Made by a program: the position numbers and the translations under genes. Under the pieces are notes generated by a model. The model was given only the letters and a program-made list of their open reading frames with translations, ran no database searches and was not told where the DNA came from. A DNA stretch of 43,724 bases, the filler included, from Catajapyx aquilonaris (Eukaryota), in NCBI GenBank assembly GCA_000934665.2. It is 2 parts of 2 records of this genome, joined end to end, with 100 filler letters (N's around TTAATTAATTAA, not from the genome) between each part and the next. Parts side by side here need not be neighbours in the genome. Positions count along the whole stretch, not along the records: positions 1 to 21,932 come from JYFJ02005996.1; positions 22,033 to 43,724 come from JYFJ02005997.1. One strand, written 5' to 3'. Below, piece by piece: positions 13,828 through 26,700 of this stretch (position 1 is its first letter; every line of letters starts with the position of its first letter).

Positions 13828-14375
13828 TCTTACATATAATAAAACAGAAACTCTGTTTGTATATTCGGGCTTCCTAACCCACTTTCAGACTACTGAGAGC
13901 GATGAAACTTGGCACACTGATGGGTTACGTGCCACTGATCGAGAAAAAAAGTCTGAAAACTGCACTTTTTTGAGTCTGAATACTCAAAATTTAGGATTTT
14001 TCTAGTCTATATATTTTTTACATAATAAATCAGAAAGTTTCTGTTTGTCCGGGCTACCTAACCTACTTTCAGACTATTGAGAGTGATGAAACTTGGCACA
14101 CTGATAGTTTAGGTGCCTCTGATATGATGAGAAGTCTGAAAACTGCACTTTTTTTGAGTCTAAATACCCTAAATTTAAGATTTTGATAGTATGTACCTTT
14201 TACATAATAAAGCAACAAGTGTATATGTGTGATCGGGCTACCTAACCCACTTCCAGACTACTGGGAGTCATGAAACTTGGCACAATGATGGCATACATGC
14301 CTCTGAGTGAAGGAAAAGTCCGAAAACTATGCTTTTTTGAGTCTGAATACTCAAAATTTATGATTTTTCTAGTAT
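13828..14375 (+). mobile_element. Three ~180-bp tandem units resembling non-autonomous Helitron 5' regions
   Basis: Starts A|TCTTACATATAATAAAAC. Each unit has cctaacc...cagacta...atgaaacttggcaca. Units 1 and 3 end in CTAGT. Confidence 0.5.
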
Positions 14376-15222
14376 ATGTAAAAAAGAGCAAAGTTTATGG
14401 GCATAAAATGGGTATGAATTAGACAAACAAATACAGTAAGAGCTCCAACCTAGTCATTACATACGTAATTCTCATACGTACAAATAGAAGTAATTACTGT
14501 TATTATTTTTATCAGCTAATTTTTCATTGATGCGTCGTTACTGCTGGTACAGTATACTGTAAATATTTTTTGTAGCATGTTTCCACATATGTTTGTCCCG
14601 TACAGTGCGGCTGTAAATTGCGCAAATATTGCTTAGACTGTACCTTTAAGAGTTACGGTGTGCATATCTGCATACATCATAAATCTGGTTAAAGTCACGC
14701 AATAAACTCACTTTAATCCAAGGTCTCTCTGGTAAAACGTTTTTTGCCGATAGAATTTCAGAATTTGCTGCTGCAATACCATATCACGTGCATGACAGGA
14801 TTAAAGTGAGGGAAATATTTTTTTTTCCTGCCCATGTCTGTCACGCTATCTATCCCCTATCAGTTTCCTTATTGCAATTTATTATTCATCATCAGGAAGA
14901 ATGTTTGCTACGTACCGCAAAACACGGCTTCCATCACGCTCGCGGTAATTGTTCAAAAACGGGTGGGTCGTAATTTTAATAACTATTGACATAAAAAAAA
15001 ATCTAACTTACCACCTTTTCATGGCCAATATTAGCAACCGATTAGTATGAGAATCTGACAACGCAGCAGTGTTCGCCACGTTGCAAATTTTTAATTTACT
15101 AGCTACCTTTTCGTGGCCAATTTTAATCCTGATTAATATCAAAATATGGCAACGCTGCAATGTTGTCTTATACACACACACCTGCCATTTTAAATCCGAA
15201 CAAACAGTGGTACATAACTCAC

Positions 15223-15388
15223 CAGTGTGGAGAAATAGGTGATTCTTGAGGTTAGTGTGCTTGCTAAACCCTCGACTACAGATGTGACATTTGAATGGCC
15301 ACGATCCGTTGTGAACATACATGTGAGACTTGAGGTCACCAGGCGTTGGAAACGATTTGGAGCATAGTTGACACTTGTGAGGTTTTTC
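15223..15388 (-). CDS. Internal exon of C2H2 zinc-finger gene (two fingers)
   Basis: Acceptor tcgtccacag and donor gtgagt. Encodes EKPHKCQLCSKSFPTPGDLKSHMYVHNGSWPFKCHICSRGFSKHTNLKNHLFLHTG. Its phase-1 end joins exon 3622-3705 to make the HTGDKPH linker across an ~11.5 kb intron. Confidence 0.92.
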
Positions 15389-18300
15389 CTGTGGACGACA
15401 CAAAAAAAATGTTCATTAGCATACATAATTACACTGGGTGATAAATTGGTCATTGCTGATTATTTTTTAACAGCGATAAATAAATGCTCGTTGGCTAAAT
15501 ATTGTGACATCCCCATAAGTGACATCAGTGAAAGATGATCTATTAGGGCGGCGGGTCAGATGTTGTTAGCGATTACAATTACCATCAATTAAGTCCCTGA
15601 TTGGAGGAGACAAGCAGCAATATTTTATTGAAGCCTAATAAAATACTCGAGCCATGGCGTGACGCTTAAAAAAATCATCGTTGTCTTCTAAGAAAAAAAA
15701 CCGGTTGACATTTCAGTTCTGAATGGGTCCTGACAGCCACCCTAGACCGTCTTAATCCTCTAAAATATAATTAATAAGCAAGATCGACTCAAAGACTTTT
15801 AGATAGGTTTTGAATCCCTGCTCGTTAGCCAGGAGTAAACAAATCCTCAGGGATCCTTGTCTAAGAAGATTTTTCGTTTTTCGGTGGCATGATGGCTGCT
15901 GGGGTGAAGGTGGTGGTTTCTTAAAGAAAGAAAAAAAATTTTAAGGAGAGGTATAGAGAAGGGGGTGGATGTCACGAGATTCCAAACTGGTTTGCTTCTT
16001 CACTTTTTTGTTATCGAAGAAGGCCGGGGTTTTTATTCATTTATTACTATTATATTCGGTTGTCGCGACGTTCGAATTTGTCAGGAGGGATGGGCTGGGA
16101 CAAGTATTCAGCAGTGGTCCATAGGGGCTATCGTGTCGGAATTTAAATTGAGAATATATATATATTTTTTTAAAAGTGTTAATTGCAGCCAGGTAAGAGG
16201 TCACGGCTGTGATGCTATCGGGGAGTCATTATAGCACTAGCGGTATTTTAATTAAGGTTGAAATATCAGGGTTGCCAAAATATTAACTGCACATGAGATT
16301 GTAGATTATAGCAGATACAGCTTATTAACATATTTGTAGCGTTTTGTGAGCAAGATTGATCTCGCCTCTGTTGCTTTCCTCCCAAATAGTTGTGTGTAAC
16401 GTATAGTAAATGACAAGTAATATTAACTGCCCATTTTTCAGAAAAAACTTTTCTAGAATTCCTAGATATTTTCTGCATATTTGAAATATTGTTCGTTCTT
16501 TTTTACTTAAAATTGTTTCCCAACTGACTTACTTTTAAGACATATATTTCAGTCAGTTCAAGTCCTTTTTAGTAATCGCAGAATATTCAGAAAATCGCCC
16601 AATAAAATTTATTTGGCGATTTCCTAAATATTTTGCGATTACTGAATAGGACGATTTAAATATAGCCCTATACTGACTTTTTTAGAAATATTTTTCTGAC
16701 AATTCAAGTACAAATCGTCATTTTCAGTAATCGCAGCAGAATATTCAGGAAATCGCCCAACTGTTAACCGGACTTTCACCCATTCAGACACCCACACAGT
16801 CATCGACACATTTGGCGATACCCCCAAAAAAATCTGGACACATATCGATGTTCCCCACAGAGAAAATACGAAGCGCAATTAATTAATGTGAACGACTCTT
16901 TCCTGTCGGTCTCTGTCTAACCACCGGTTATTCCAGATCTTCTGGGATTTAGCTACTTCTTTTTTTTCTTTTCTTTTAACATTTACGTATTCCCCTGTGT
17001 TTCTCTGAGCGTGCGATTGGATGTTATTGCCAAGAGGTCACTTGCGGTCGCTGGCGCCTGAGGGCACTCTCGGCGCCGTCCATTCACTCTTTTTCTAAGC
17101 GCCAGAAGCTACCTAAATTCCAAACGAGCCCATCTAATAACCACTCATCTGTTTCCCATCGCATACACACGTAATGCGCGAAATTCACACACTCCGCCAA
17201 AATGGCCGATTTTTGCTCACCAAATTGAAAACAGGAAGAATCTTCCAGCTAGGGAACATTCTCACATATGGACACAGATCCCTTTCAGATAGTAAGTTGA
17301 GTATATACTGGTAAGCAGTCCCTGTAGGGGGATTAGTTTGGACCAGTATAGGGATGGCAGGATTGCGTGCACACAGGTGGGTCCCCTCACCTGCCTGCCT
17401 CCCCTCTCCGCTATCCCCAAATTTCAGGGTCAGGAACAGGTATTTGGACGGCAGGAGCAAAAAGAAGAGTCCGAATCCGGATTTTTGGTAGCTGGAAGAT
17501 TAGTCTGGAGGCATGGGTATGGGGGGTGCCCATCACGGTAGCCGTTTCCAGAGGGGGGTTTATACAGGATGGAAAGAGAGAGAAAAAAAATGATGTATGA
17601 TAGATATGGCTCCTACCAGTGTTGCATGGTGTACCAAAAAATTTTAAGGAGACATATCAAAACTAGTTCGTCCTACCAGCCACCAGAGGCGCTGGTTTCC
17701 CTCATTGCGCAGTCGCACAGCGCAATGAGGGAAGACAGCATATAGATTGGGAAATGATCGACACTGATAATAAAATGAAATTGGCCCATCCCCTGCCTAT
17801 ATCAGGGGGGAAGGGGAGGTTCCTAAGTGAGGGCGCTGTATGATAGTCATTTCAGACATTTTTTAAAACACCGGGCCTTTTTTCATGGCCCTGGGAAGAG
17901 TAGGGCCATGTCGGATGAAAACATTTATATGTATTATGTAGTCTGAATTCAACAAAAACCAGCATTAACCCCCAAACTCATTGTAAGTCTATGCTGTTCG
18001 TACAGTGATGATTTCATGCTTCACTAATCATAGGTGTTCATCTGGCTGGAGCACTTTCATTAGTACTAAACGTCAGCTAGAAAACGCACGCGCACGAAAC
18101 CGGACGCATTTGACAGGCTGACTACAAACACTTGACAGACCTTCATTTTTGCACGAAACCCGCTTTCCTTGGCTATCCACCTCTCTTACGCATTTTTTTA
18201 TCTAATTCAGAAAATTATAATCACCCGCCCAAATCTGACGCATCTATAAAACAATTTTGGAGCGTAATGCAATTGGGCTCTCAAAAAACGTGACACAACC

Positions 18301-21282
18301 CTTGTAAGACTCATTTGGGATTCACATGGCGAGTCTCAGAAGCCGAATTGGATAGTGTGGGTGGTTTGAGGAGGGTTTATAATCTTATACCCCCCCCCCT
18401 CTCTTTTTAGCTACTGGTCTTTCCAAACCCCCATTATATGATGGAGCGGCTAACTATTAGAGGCGTGGAATGTGAGTCCATATCGAGACCAGCCCTACTA
18501 GAATTGTTGGGAGCCACATGATGCAATTGAGCCTCCGTGTGAATAACCTTATGTGTGTGTGTGTGTGTTGTTTCCCAAGGCGACCTTCTGACTTCCAAAC
18601 GGGTTTTAATTCCCATAGCCTTCCTCGAAGCCAATAGGTATGTTGCCTGGGGAACCCTTTTTTGGTTAATTATTGCTCGGTTTTGCCCCCGAGGAGCTCT
18701 AAATTCACGTGGCCAAATGGGCTCAACCTTTGTCCTTTTGCATCCATGGGAGAGGCTTTGGAAGGCGTCTTACAGTATGGGACAAAAAGGTGCGGACGCA
18801 TGCAACTTGTTAGGACGCTAGAGGGCACATGTATCGCCTGAGGGGTGTTCCATTAATCTTCTGGTAAAGGAATATCAGCTTAACTCCGATATATAAAAGA
18901 AAGAAATAGCAATATGTCGGAGATTCAACTGGTACTGATTGGTGTGGCTCAAATTGCTCAATTTGATTGGTTTTCATTGGCACAAATAATAAAAAAATTT
19001 AAAAAGAAGTATTGTGACAATGCCCCCCAAAAGAGCTCTGCCCTATCACGGGGTAACATAAATAAAATAAAAAATAAATAAGTATTAAATAAGTATTATA
19101 TTACCCTGTAATAGGGCAGAGATTTGGGGGTCATTGTCACAATACTGAACGAAGTACCCACTATATAAATTCCACCCAATGTATTTCAAAAATGAATCAA
19201 ATATTATTGGATTAATTTTTGAAATACATTGGGTGGAATTTTCATGCCACAGAATTTGGGCCACTTTGTCGTAAATATTGGCCAAAATTGCTGCAATAAT
19301 TTACTTCTCGTAGATGTTCGTAGAATCTACGAGCCTGTCGTTGCTTCCATCTATCGGCCTCCGACAGTCCCCAATTTGTCATACAGACACGGTTGGAAGT
19401 GTCCATCACGATATACAGCCTTTTTCCGTAAGTCTGCTAGGTTCAGGGGCTGCAAAGCAACATCTGTCTGGCTTATCTCCCCAAAAAGCCGCCACAATTT
19501 TTTATGGGTTCTTCCTCCACCTTTTATTTTTTTCCCCTTACGTTCATCCATAAAGCAGATGACTTGGGAGCGACAGAAGAGAAAATCCTCTCTGGTGATT
19601 TTTCCCTAGATAAGCCACTTTTTGAATCTGAGAAGTTTTAAAAAAAAGAGAAGAAGCCGCCATCTTAAGAACGAAACAAGTCCGGTCCAATTAGGCTTAA
19701 TGGCTGAGGAGGAGAAGAAAAGTTATTTATAGCGCCATCTAAAAACGGGGCGATGAGGAGGGCTATCGCGTGTTGTCAAGTTTCATTATTTAGAAGCGTA
19801 ATTTTTAAGTTATAATCTTGGAATTTATTAGGGCTCCTGAACCACGCAGGTGCTTGCTGAGATCTACTCTACCTGAAGTAGAAACGGATATCTAGTGACA
19901 TGTGAACACGGAAATGTCCTTTCTAACAATTTTTCAATAAATTTTCAAACAATTTTTCAGAAATTTTAAAGTATAAAGTGCAAACTATAGCTGGAAAATT
20001 TGTGCATAAAATATTCGGGATAGTGCTGATAAATATCTAGTTGGAAATATGGCATAAAAGTTGATATCTAAAGAATTTAGTGCGTACCCATACCACTACA
20101 CGAGGGTAGATCCATAAAGATAGACATCTATCCATTAAAAAACTACCTGGATTGAGCAATATAAGAGTGGATACCCATGAAAATTTTACGGACATCCAGT
20201 ATACAGGTTAACCAGTAGGTTCAATCAACGCCTGATGATTTAATTTAGAACCTCACGCAATTACCGCTTTTAAGCTAAAAGCACGTCTCTAGGCCAGTAA
20301 TCCCCCAGGTATCTACCCAGCCAGTCCTCTAATCTTCCCCCAGTCTCTCATCTACTTTTTTTTTTTTTTTCTAATAAGGTAGCCTGCTCCCGAAAACGTG
20401 GGTATCTAGGACAGGCCAGTATCAGACCTCTCCATCTCGAGCACAGGCAACAAGAAAGGACCCCCCACCCATGCATCAGCCCCGTGGGTACCTACCTGCT
20501 AATCAAAAAATTTCATGAGAGACCCTCGTATTGTAATCTAATCATATGCCGCCATTTTGAATCCATGAGCGCCATATTGAATTGTTGACGTCATGCGCAG
20601 CGAGCGCCATCTTCTGACGTCATCACTTCCTGTCTTGGCGCCATCTTGAGGCACCCTAGAGTGACCCAGCCCCATAAAACCTGATGCTGGTCCTCCCCAT
20701 AAGATTCCAACGGTGCCCTGGCTACCGACGACCTTGCCGGGGCCAGCCACCAAGGCAAGCGCCGCCCTCAGGAGCTCCTGGTAAACCCCACCATCCTCCT
20801 AGATGCCCCCGAGCCCTAGAGGCGCTCTTTCAGCCTCCGAAAAAGCCCCCGCCCGGATCTCGCGTGACTGCTTCTCACTGCCCACACTCTCGGCCCTCCC
20901 ACTTTTTGGACGCCCCTGTCCAGCTTAATTGCTCCTCTCTATGGAATGCATCCCTACCAATTAACCCAGCCAGGGATTCGAACCGCGTGCCTACCTCAAT
21001 TCTATATTCTATATATTAATATATTAATATTTTGCAACATGTGATCCCATATATGACTACATGTTATGAAATTGCGGGGTTGTTAGGTGCCGAACTTTAT
21101 GATCCAAAAACTTTATGACCAAAAACAACTTGGCCGCGGTATTTTACAACACCTTGCCACACCAGCCTCCGTTAGGTGATGTCAACCCCTCCAAAAAACC
21201 ACGGTTTTTCGGTATGTGTAGGTGTGTCTCTCACACGTGAGCATGTAGTATATATGGGTGTCGAGCGAGCATGCGCGCGCAC

Positions 21283-21383
21283 CTGTTGCGGCCTGGCTGG
21301 GTCCCCGGAATTGATGGGGCTCAGATAGGCCGCTGACATAGGACATGCAGATAAAGTCACCCCCTTCGGCTCGACCTGTGCCC
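21283..21383 (-). CDS. Candidate upstream exon of the zinc-finger gene
   Basis: Polypyrimidine tract plus tgcag acceptor, and CAG|gtgcgc donor. Encodes GAQVEPKGVTLSACPMSAAYLSPINSGDPARPQQ ending in phase 0, compatible with the phase-0 start EKPH at 15388. No homology support. Confidence 0.45.
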
Positions 21384-21932
21384 CTGCACATGGGAACAAA
21401 AAAAAAACCCATACCTGGTCAAGAATTAAATGTGCTGGGAGGACACTCCTGCTCAAAGAAATAAATGTTTCATGTCTGATGGTAAAGTGGTCCAGGGTTG
21501 CTTCGGTTACATACGAACTGTGGCAATTTCCCATAATCCCCTGTGGGAAAGAAACGCCCCCGTTTCCAAAACCAAATGACGCGAGTTCAGATTTTCTGCT
21601 CTGATTAGACTGGGGTATGAACAATAATTATTTCACGATAATATTGCGTCTACTCTTTTGTATATGAGCGATCATAAACGCCGACCGATTATGGAACCAG
21701 TTGTTAAGAAACTCGGTGCAATATTGCCCCCTCATTGCTCTCATTCCAATTTGGATTGTACTGTATACAGTACAGTACAGCTTCAAGTGACTGTCGAGTC
21801 AAGTGACTGTCGCGTCAAGTGACTGTCGCGTGTAGGGTATATACAGTCACATGAAGTTGAAATTAGCCTCCTATAGAGAGGGAGGATCGTTTCTCTTGGA
21901 GGCTAATTTCAGCTTCAGGTATACAGTGTTTC

Positions 21933-22032
21933 NNNNNNNNNNNNNNNNNNNNNNNNNNNNNNNNNNNNNNNNNNNNTTAATTAATTAANNNNNNNNNNNN
22001 NNNNNNNNNNNNNNNNNNNNNNNNNNNNNNNN
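21933..22032. other. Assembly gap with a probably artificial six-frame-stop linker
   Basis: Exactly 44 N + TTAATTAATTAA + 44 N = 100 bp. Confidence 0.9.
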
Positions 22033-22033
22033 C

Positions 22034-22150
22034 ATTCCCTGTCATTTCAAAAAAGCACGTCCTGAATGAAACGCTAAACGTTTTTCACATGCACAGGATA
22101 TTGAATGTTCATCACATGAAAGTACTTGTAGGCCAGGTACTGCCTTCACG
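22034..22150 (-). mobile_element. Fragment of an EnSpm-like accessory ORF, second copy of 25309-25420
   Basis: FHVMNIQYPVHVKNV*RFIQDVLF, with a near-identical nucleotide copy at 25309-25420. Confidence 0.55.
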
Positions 22151-22849
22151 ACGCAATAGTCATGTGCGTCCAAATGAAAAGGTGACGAGAGTCCTTGAAG
22201 GAAACATAGCTGTTCCATATAGGACCCGTTCCAGGTTGAAGAAATCGCAGTGAGCCAGCACTGATCCCACTATCGTGGAAGCTGGGATATGCCTTTCCCT
22301 GGGCTATGAGAGCTACCAGTTTGTCACAAGGTTCTGCGTCCGATGCAAACCTTTGCCACGCTTTGACCTTTTAGATATTTCTTGAGGGGGCCGATTAATT
22401 TATTATTACATGCAATTCACTTTGGATATTTCGGTGTGAATTCCATTTTAACTATTTATTTGTGTGTATACAGCTGTAGATACTGAACTCGCTGCGCCCC
22501 AATTGTGTGCCTTCGGCGCTACGCGTCCCCGCCAGGGCCTACCCACCACCGCAAGAGAGCTGGCAACAATTACCTGGAGTATGTCGTCAACGGAGTGACC
22601 AATGATGAATGGCAACCAAAAACAATGTGAGTGCGGTCGTAATTGACAAAAAGCAACTGCAACAATCAACCCACCAACTCACCAACGAATCAACCAACAA
22701 CAATGAGTACTGTGGTGGTGAAATGGACAAAAAGCCTTGCAAAAAGCACAGCTCTCTCCGACAACCACCATGCGAGAAATGAAGCATGTCGGAGGGAAAG
22801 GACTGCCTAACACTGAGGATGATGCAACAGACCACCCTCCCTGTCTCCA

Positions 22850-23400
22850 CTAATAAATGGCACAGCACAAGTTAATGAACCAACCTCAATTCCCACGTCT
22901 GCCAGAACTTCGAGTTCTGCAATGAGTGGTGCCAGTATTTTGTTCCGGCCAAAGTACTGCAGATCCACATTGCGACACAGTATACTCAAATGAGTTGCAA
23001 TTTATAGATGATCGATTATGTGTGCAAATTACCCAAGATGTCGTAAATTGCAGCAATTTTGTGCTTTTTTTCTGTGACTTCCAATTGGGTTCACAATCTC
23101 AATATCATCGAAGTAGAACAGCAAGAACAAGGCCCTCTTCTCACCAGTCAATAAAATATTCCCCTTAAAATGTCTACCATCTGAAAAGTCCTGGATTAGG
23201 CAACTTTCATTTCCATTAGGAGTCGCCAACTGTGCCCTCACATCTTCCATGTTTAAGAATTGCTAGGAGATTGTGGTATAAAGGAACGTACTGGAATGTT
23301 CGCAATTTTCTTAACTGATTCATTCGCAAGGTTACTGTTTGAGGCTCTACGAATCCCAGGTAATTTTTGTAGTATGCATACCGCCTATGATTACGTTTAA
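22850..23400 (-). pseudogene. EnSpm/CACTA(Plavaka)-like transposase fragment
   Basis: TFQYVPL...IQDFSDGRHFK...LFYFDDIEIVNPIGSHRKK/HKIAAIY..LGNL...ILAPLIAELEVLADVGI, with frameshifts and stops. Confidence 0.75.
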
Positions 23401-23904
23401 ATTACTTGTATCCTAATAGTAGCAGAGAAGTAAGTTGTGCGTGAACTTCATGTTATTGGCTGCAGTCTCTCATTTATTATATGTACACTATTGGTTCCAT
23501 ATCCCATGACGCATCACTCTTGCATAAATAGAATCATTATATGCAAATAATTGGGTCCGCGGGATGAAAACTGTAATCGTATACAAAATCTAGGCGTCGC
23601 CCACCCTTCACGACCCTCCCTACCCTTGTTGTGACCTTAGCATTTCGTTTGGGGTTGCGGCCTTATGTTTGGGCTTTTCCTTCCTCTCAACCCTCCTCGT
23701 GAGGGAGTACAATTCGTCTCTCAGCATTTCCCCCCCTCTGNCCCCCCCCCCCCCTCTGCGACCACCACCTCAACCTCCTCACTGGAATTTATACATTCGT
23801 TTAGTCTGGTGTTGACAATAGAGCGAGTCCATTTTCCAAGGAAGTCCTGCAGTTCACTATCACTGAATTGAGGCTGCAGGCCTGCCTCTTCACTTCCTCG
23901 GTTG

Positions 23905-24330
23905 AATGCATGCAATGTATGCAACAGGAAATACACCATATTTGCAGACCCATGGGTATAGACCGGTGACGTCAGCATAATCTCTCTCTCCTTCTACTGG
24001 CTGACGTTCCCATATAACTTGCAGGTCAACATTCCCCCTCTGTTTAATATTGCCTCCCTTTGAATGGTGCGTTGATATCTAATATCCATGGTGGAACATG
24101 GGTCTTCATCAAGTAGAATCCTCCGTTTGGAGGAGCATGTCGGACAGCTGTGAAAATAGCATCCATAAAACTCATAAATATGCGTGACATCACCTAATCT
24201 ACAGTACCCGCCGACTTTGTATCTCCCTCCACTTCAACCGCATTTCCTTGGTACATTAATTGTACTTTTTCACCGGGATTTGCTATGCTAGTAATCAAAG
24301 CGAGTCGTTTGTCCTGCATAAGCTTTAGCG
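23905..24330 (-). pseudogene. Maverick/Polinton protein-primed DNA polymerase B fragment, internally deleted (copy A)
   Basis: GRYKVGGYC...IYEFYGCYFHSCPTC...VIWE fused almost directly to YADVTGLYPWVCKYGVFPV (PolB motif A). Confidence 0.8.
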
Positions 24331-24339
24331 CTATCTCCA

Positions 24340-24870
24340 CCCGGCCAGCTTCGGCAGATGGACCCTGGTTTGGGCAGGTCGGAAGGAGGTCCAGGAAGTC
24401 AGACTCGTCCTCGGCGTGTCCGTCAAGTGGCGAGGCATCCCTCCCCCTCTTCATTCGCCACCACACCCTCCTCGAACTCATCCAGCTCCCTGTCAATCTC
24501 CCGGAGCAGGTTGTCACCCTCCGGCAAGGCCGCACCACCCGACTACCTGAGGAGGTACTCCACCCCGAGTGCCTCCCCGGTACCTGCTCAGTGGCTGGTA
24601 ATTTCCATAGAGGGTTATGTTCAGATGGGCCCGGGCCAGCCGGTTGGCTACCTGCTGCAGCCGCGTGGCTGCCAGCCAGCCTTCGCTGCGGCCCTGCCCC
24701 GGTTCAATTGGGACAGGCCGTTCAGCAAGTAAAAGAGAGATTGTTAGAATCCAGTCCAGCAGTTCCCCGATGGCAGCGGTGGTCCGCTCGACACCCCGGG
24801 TGCTCCTCCGGCAGTGCCTGCCCAGCTCCTTCCAGGGCAGCTTACCCCGGATGGCAGCCTTGTCCGTATT
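24340..24870 (-). pseudogene. C-terminal pieces of a DUF6729-family (putative transposase-associated) ORF
   Basis: KELGRHCRRSTRGVERTTAAIGELL, LNGLSQLNRGRAAA and TGEALGVEYLL, in shifting frames. These match motifs I recall from DUF6729 proteins (HCRRRTRG, LEGL.RWN.DRA, YTGELIGVEYL). Confidence 0.65.
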
Positions 24871-25308
24871 GAAAGCAAAAGCATTACTGTTTGTCATAGT
24901 CGGTAAACAATGCAATTTTGCACAATACCTTGCAGCAATGTGAAGTCAATTGGACCTTATCTTTGCACAGGTGTATAACAGTTTAAATCTGTTTCCATAT
25001 CTCTCACAACATTTTCACATACACTTGCCGGTAAGCCGGTCACATCACGCTCATTAAGTCTATGAAGCCCTACGTGTGTTTCGTTTACGCCTGAATGAAT
25101 CCTAATTACAGGTCTTTGAAAATTATACATCTTGGTGAATGTTTATGAACAAGTCCCTTCCATACAAGGTATCTTTTCGCCATCTGTTATCTGATTAAAC
25201 CTCGCAAATGAACCGCTAATTTTTGAACAGCCCGAAATGACTGGCCACACCTGAAGTGTTTCATACTGACAGTGTATCGGTTGATCAGAGGTCAAAAGAA
25301 ATTAACAA

Positions 25309-25990
25309 TCATTCCCTGTCATTTCAAAAAGCACGTCCTTAATGAAACGCTAAACGTTTTTCACATGCACAGGTTGAATGTTCATCACATGAAAGTACTT
25401 GTCGGCCAGGTACCGCCGTCACGAGGCTCGTCACTGCCACAGTGTCACACACTATAAATACATGATCTGAGTTGCACTTATTTCCCATTGCCAAAATAAA
25501 AGGCTGTGTGATGCTGCCATCACTCATGGCCCTTTCGTTTCGGACAAATGCTATACTGCTTTAACGTACATAGCCAGTACCACTGGAGCCTTTAACAGTT
25601 GGGAAAGTCTTCACCAACTCTTTGGCCAACTGTAACTTGTGACATTTGGTGGGAAAGCACCCATGTCGTTCGGTCAGCGCTTTCACAAAAACATCCCTAA
25701 TTTGCCCTTTTTTTTAAAAAAAAAAAATGTAAGTGATTTGTCCCTTATCCGCCTTTCGCTTCTTCAGTAGGTCAGGGCAGAAAAGGCTGCATGGCCACAT
25801 TGGTTTTAGTCGATTTTCTGGGGCCTCCTCCCTATCATCTCGGCCCCTGTGTTTACCCTGGAGAAATGTATCGATACTAGTGAGAAATTTTGTTTTCAAC
25901 ATCGGTGTGTACGGCTCTAATTGTCTCTGGCTACTATACTTCAAACCCCCCGACATCCCATGCAGTCTTCCTGGGCTGACTACTGTATTT
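25309..25990 (-). pseudogene. EnSpm-like accessory ORF fragment with a retained intron boundary
   Basis: KLQLAKELVKTFP...ITQPFILAMGN...VFIVCD...FHVMNIQ. T-rich acceptor at ~25710-25730. Confidence 0.5.
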
Positions 25991-26159
25991 GCAATACTTA
26001 TTATTAGTCCCCTTTTACAAAATGTTACAGTGGATTGGAGTCATTTCGTGTCAAATCAACACAATTGTCGGACTGACCAACTCGGATTTTGATGATTTTT
26101 GGCATACTTGCAGGTTTCATGGACATATGAAATCGTATCAGTTTTTAGCGGTCTTAATC

Positions 26160-26545
26160 CAGCGATGGGATAATCTTTGGATTGCATCAGCTCGATGCTG
26201 GTGGTTGATGTCTGCCAGGCCAGCAGATCATTAAACCTCATTCCTCGAATTGGCTCTTTCATCTTGGGGATAAGGTCGAAATCGCATGGGCTGAGAGGTA
26301 TGGCCCCCCACTATACTCAGTGTGTGCTCTAGGACCTCCCATCTCCACTTTTTTAACAAGTCACCCACGATCCCCGCCATATGGCACCGAGCATTGTCTT
26401 GCAGAACGATAGCAGATTCAAGCAAGCGGTGACGTTTGCGTCGGATGGCCGGTCGCAAGTGATGCTGTAGGAACGTGGCATAGTAATCCTTATTAACCGT
26501 CCAGCCGCGGGGAACACGTGACATACCAAAGGCATCATTGTCGAG
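26160..26545 (-). pseudogene. mariner DD34D transposase catalytic-domain fragment
   Basis: VPRGWTVNKDYYATFLQHHLRPAIRRKR...IVLQDNARCH...WEVLEH...LSPCDFDLIPKMKEPIRGMRF. No TIRs seen. Confidence 0.88.
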
Positions 26546-26564
26546 ACATCCATGACAGCTGACT

Positions 26565-26700
26565 CTTAGATTTGAAGATCCCGGATGTCCTCTTGGGCAA
26601 ACTTGTTCTTAATCTGCGTAAATAGGACGTCAAGAACTTCGTAATAAATTTTCCGCATCATCTGTTTCTATGACATGCTGTAGGATGTGATGTCTTCGGA
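26565..26700 (-). pseudogene. Short hAT (ZMYM1-like) transposase fragment
   Basis: RKIYYEVLDVLFTQIKNKFAQEDI resembles the hAT YY..LD....+..RF motif. Confidence 0.45.

Noticed and set aside
18434..18634. HTHKVIHT as an additional zinc-finger exon
   Set aside because: No CxxC, derived from a (CA)n run, and no convincing splice sites.
24880..25300. Possible Ginger-like integrase piece (similar weak hAT hints at 31780-32310 and 42470-42860)
   Set aside because: Only faint minus-strand motif resemblance with many stops; not listed as features and not counted toward the strand bias.
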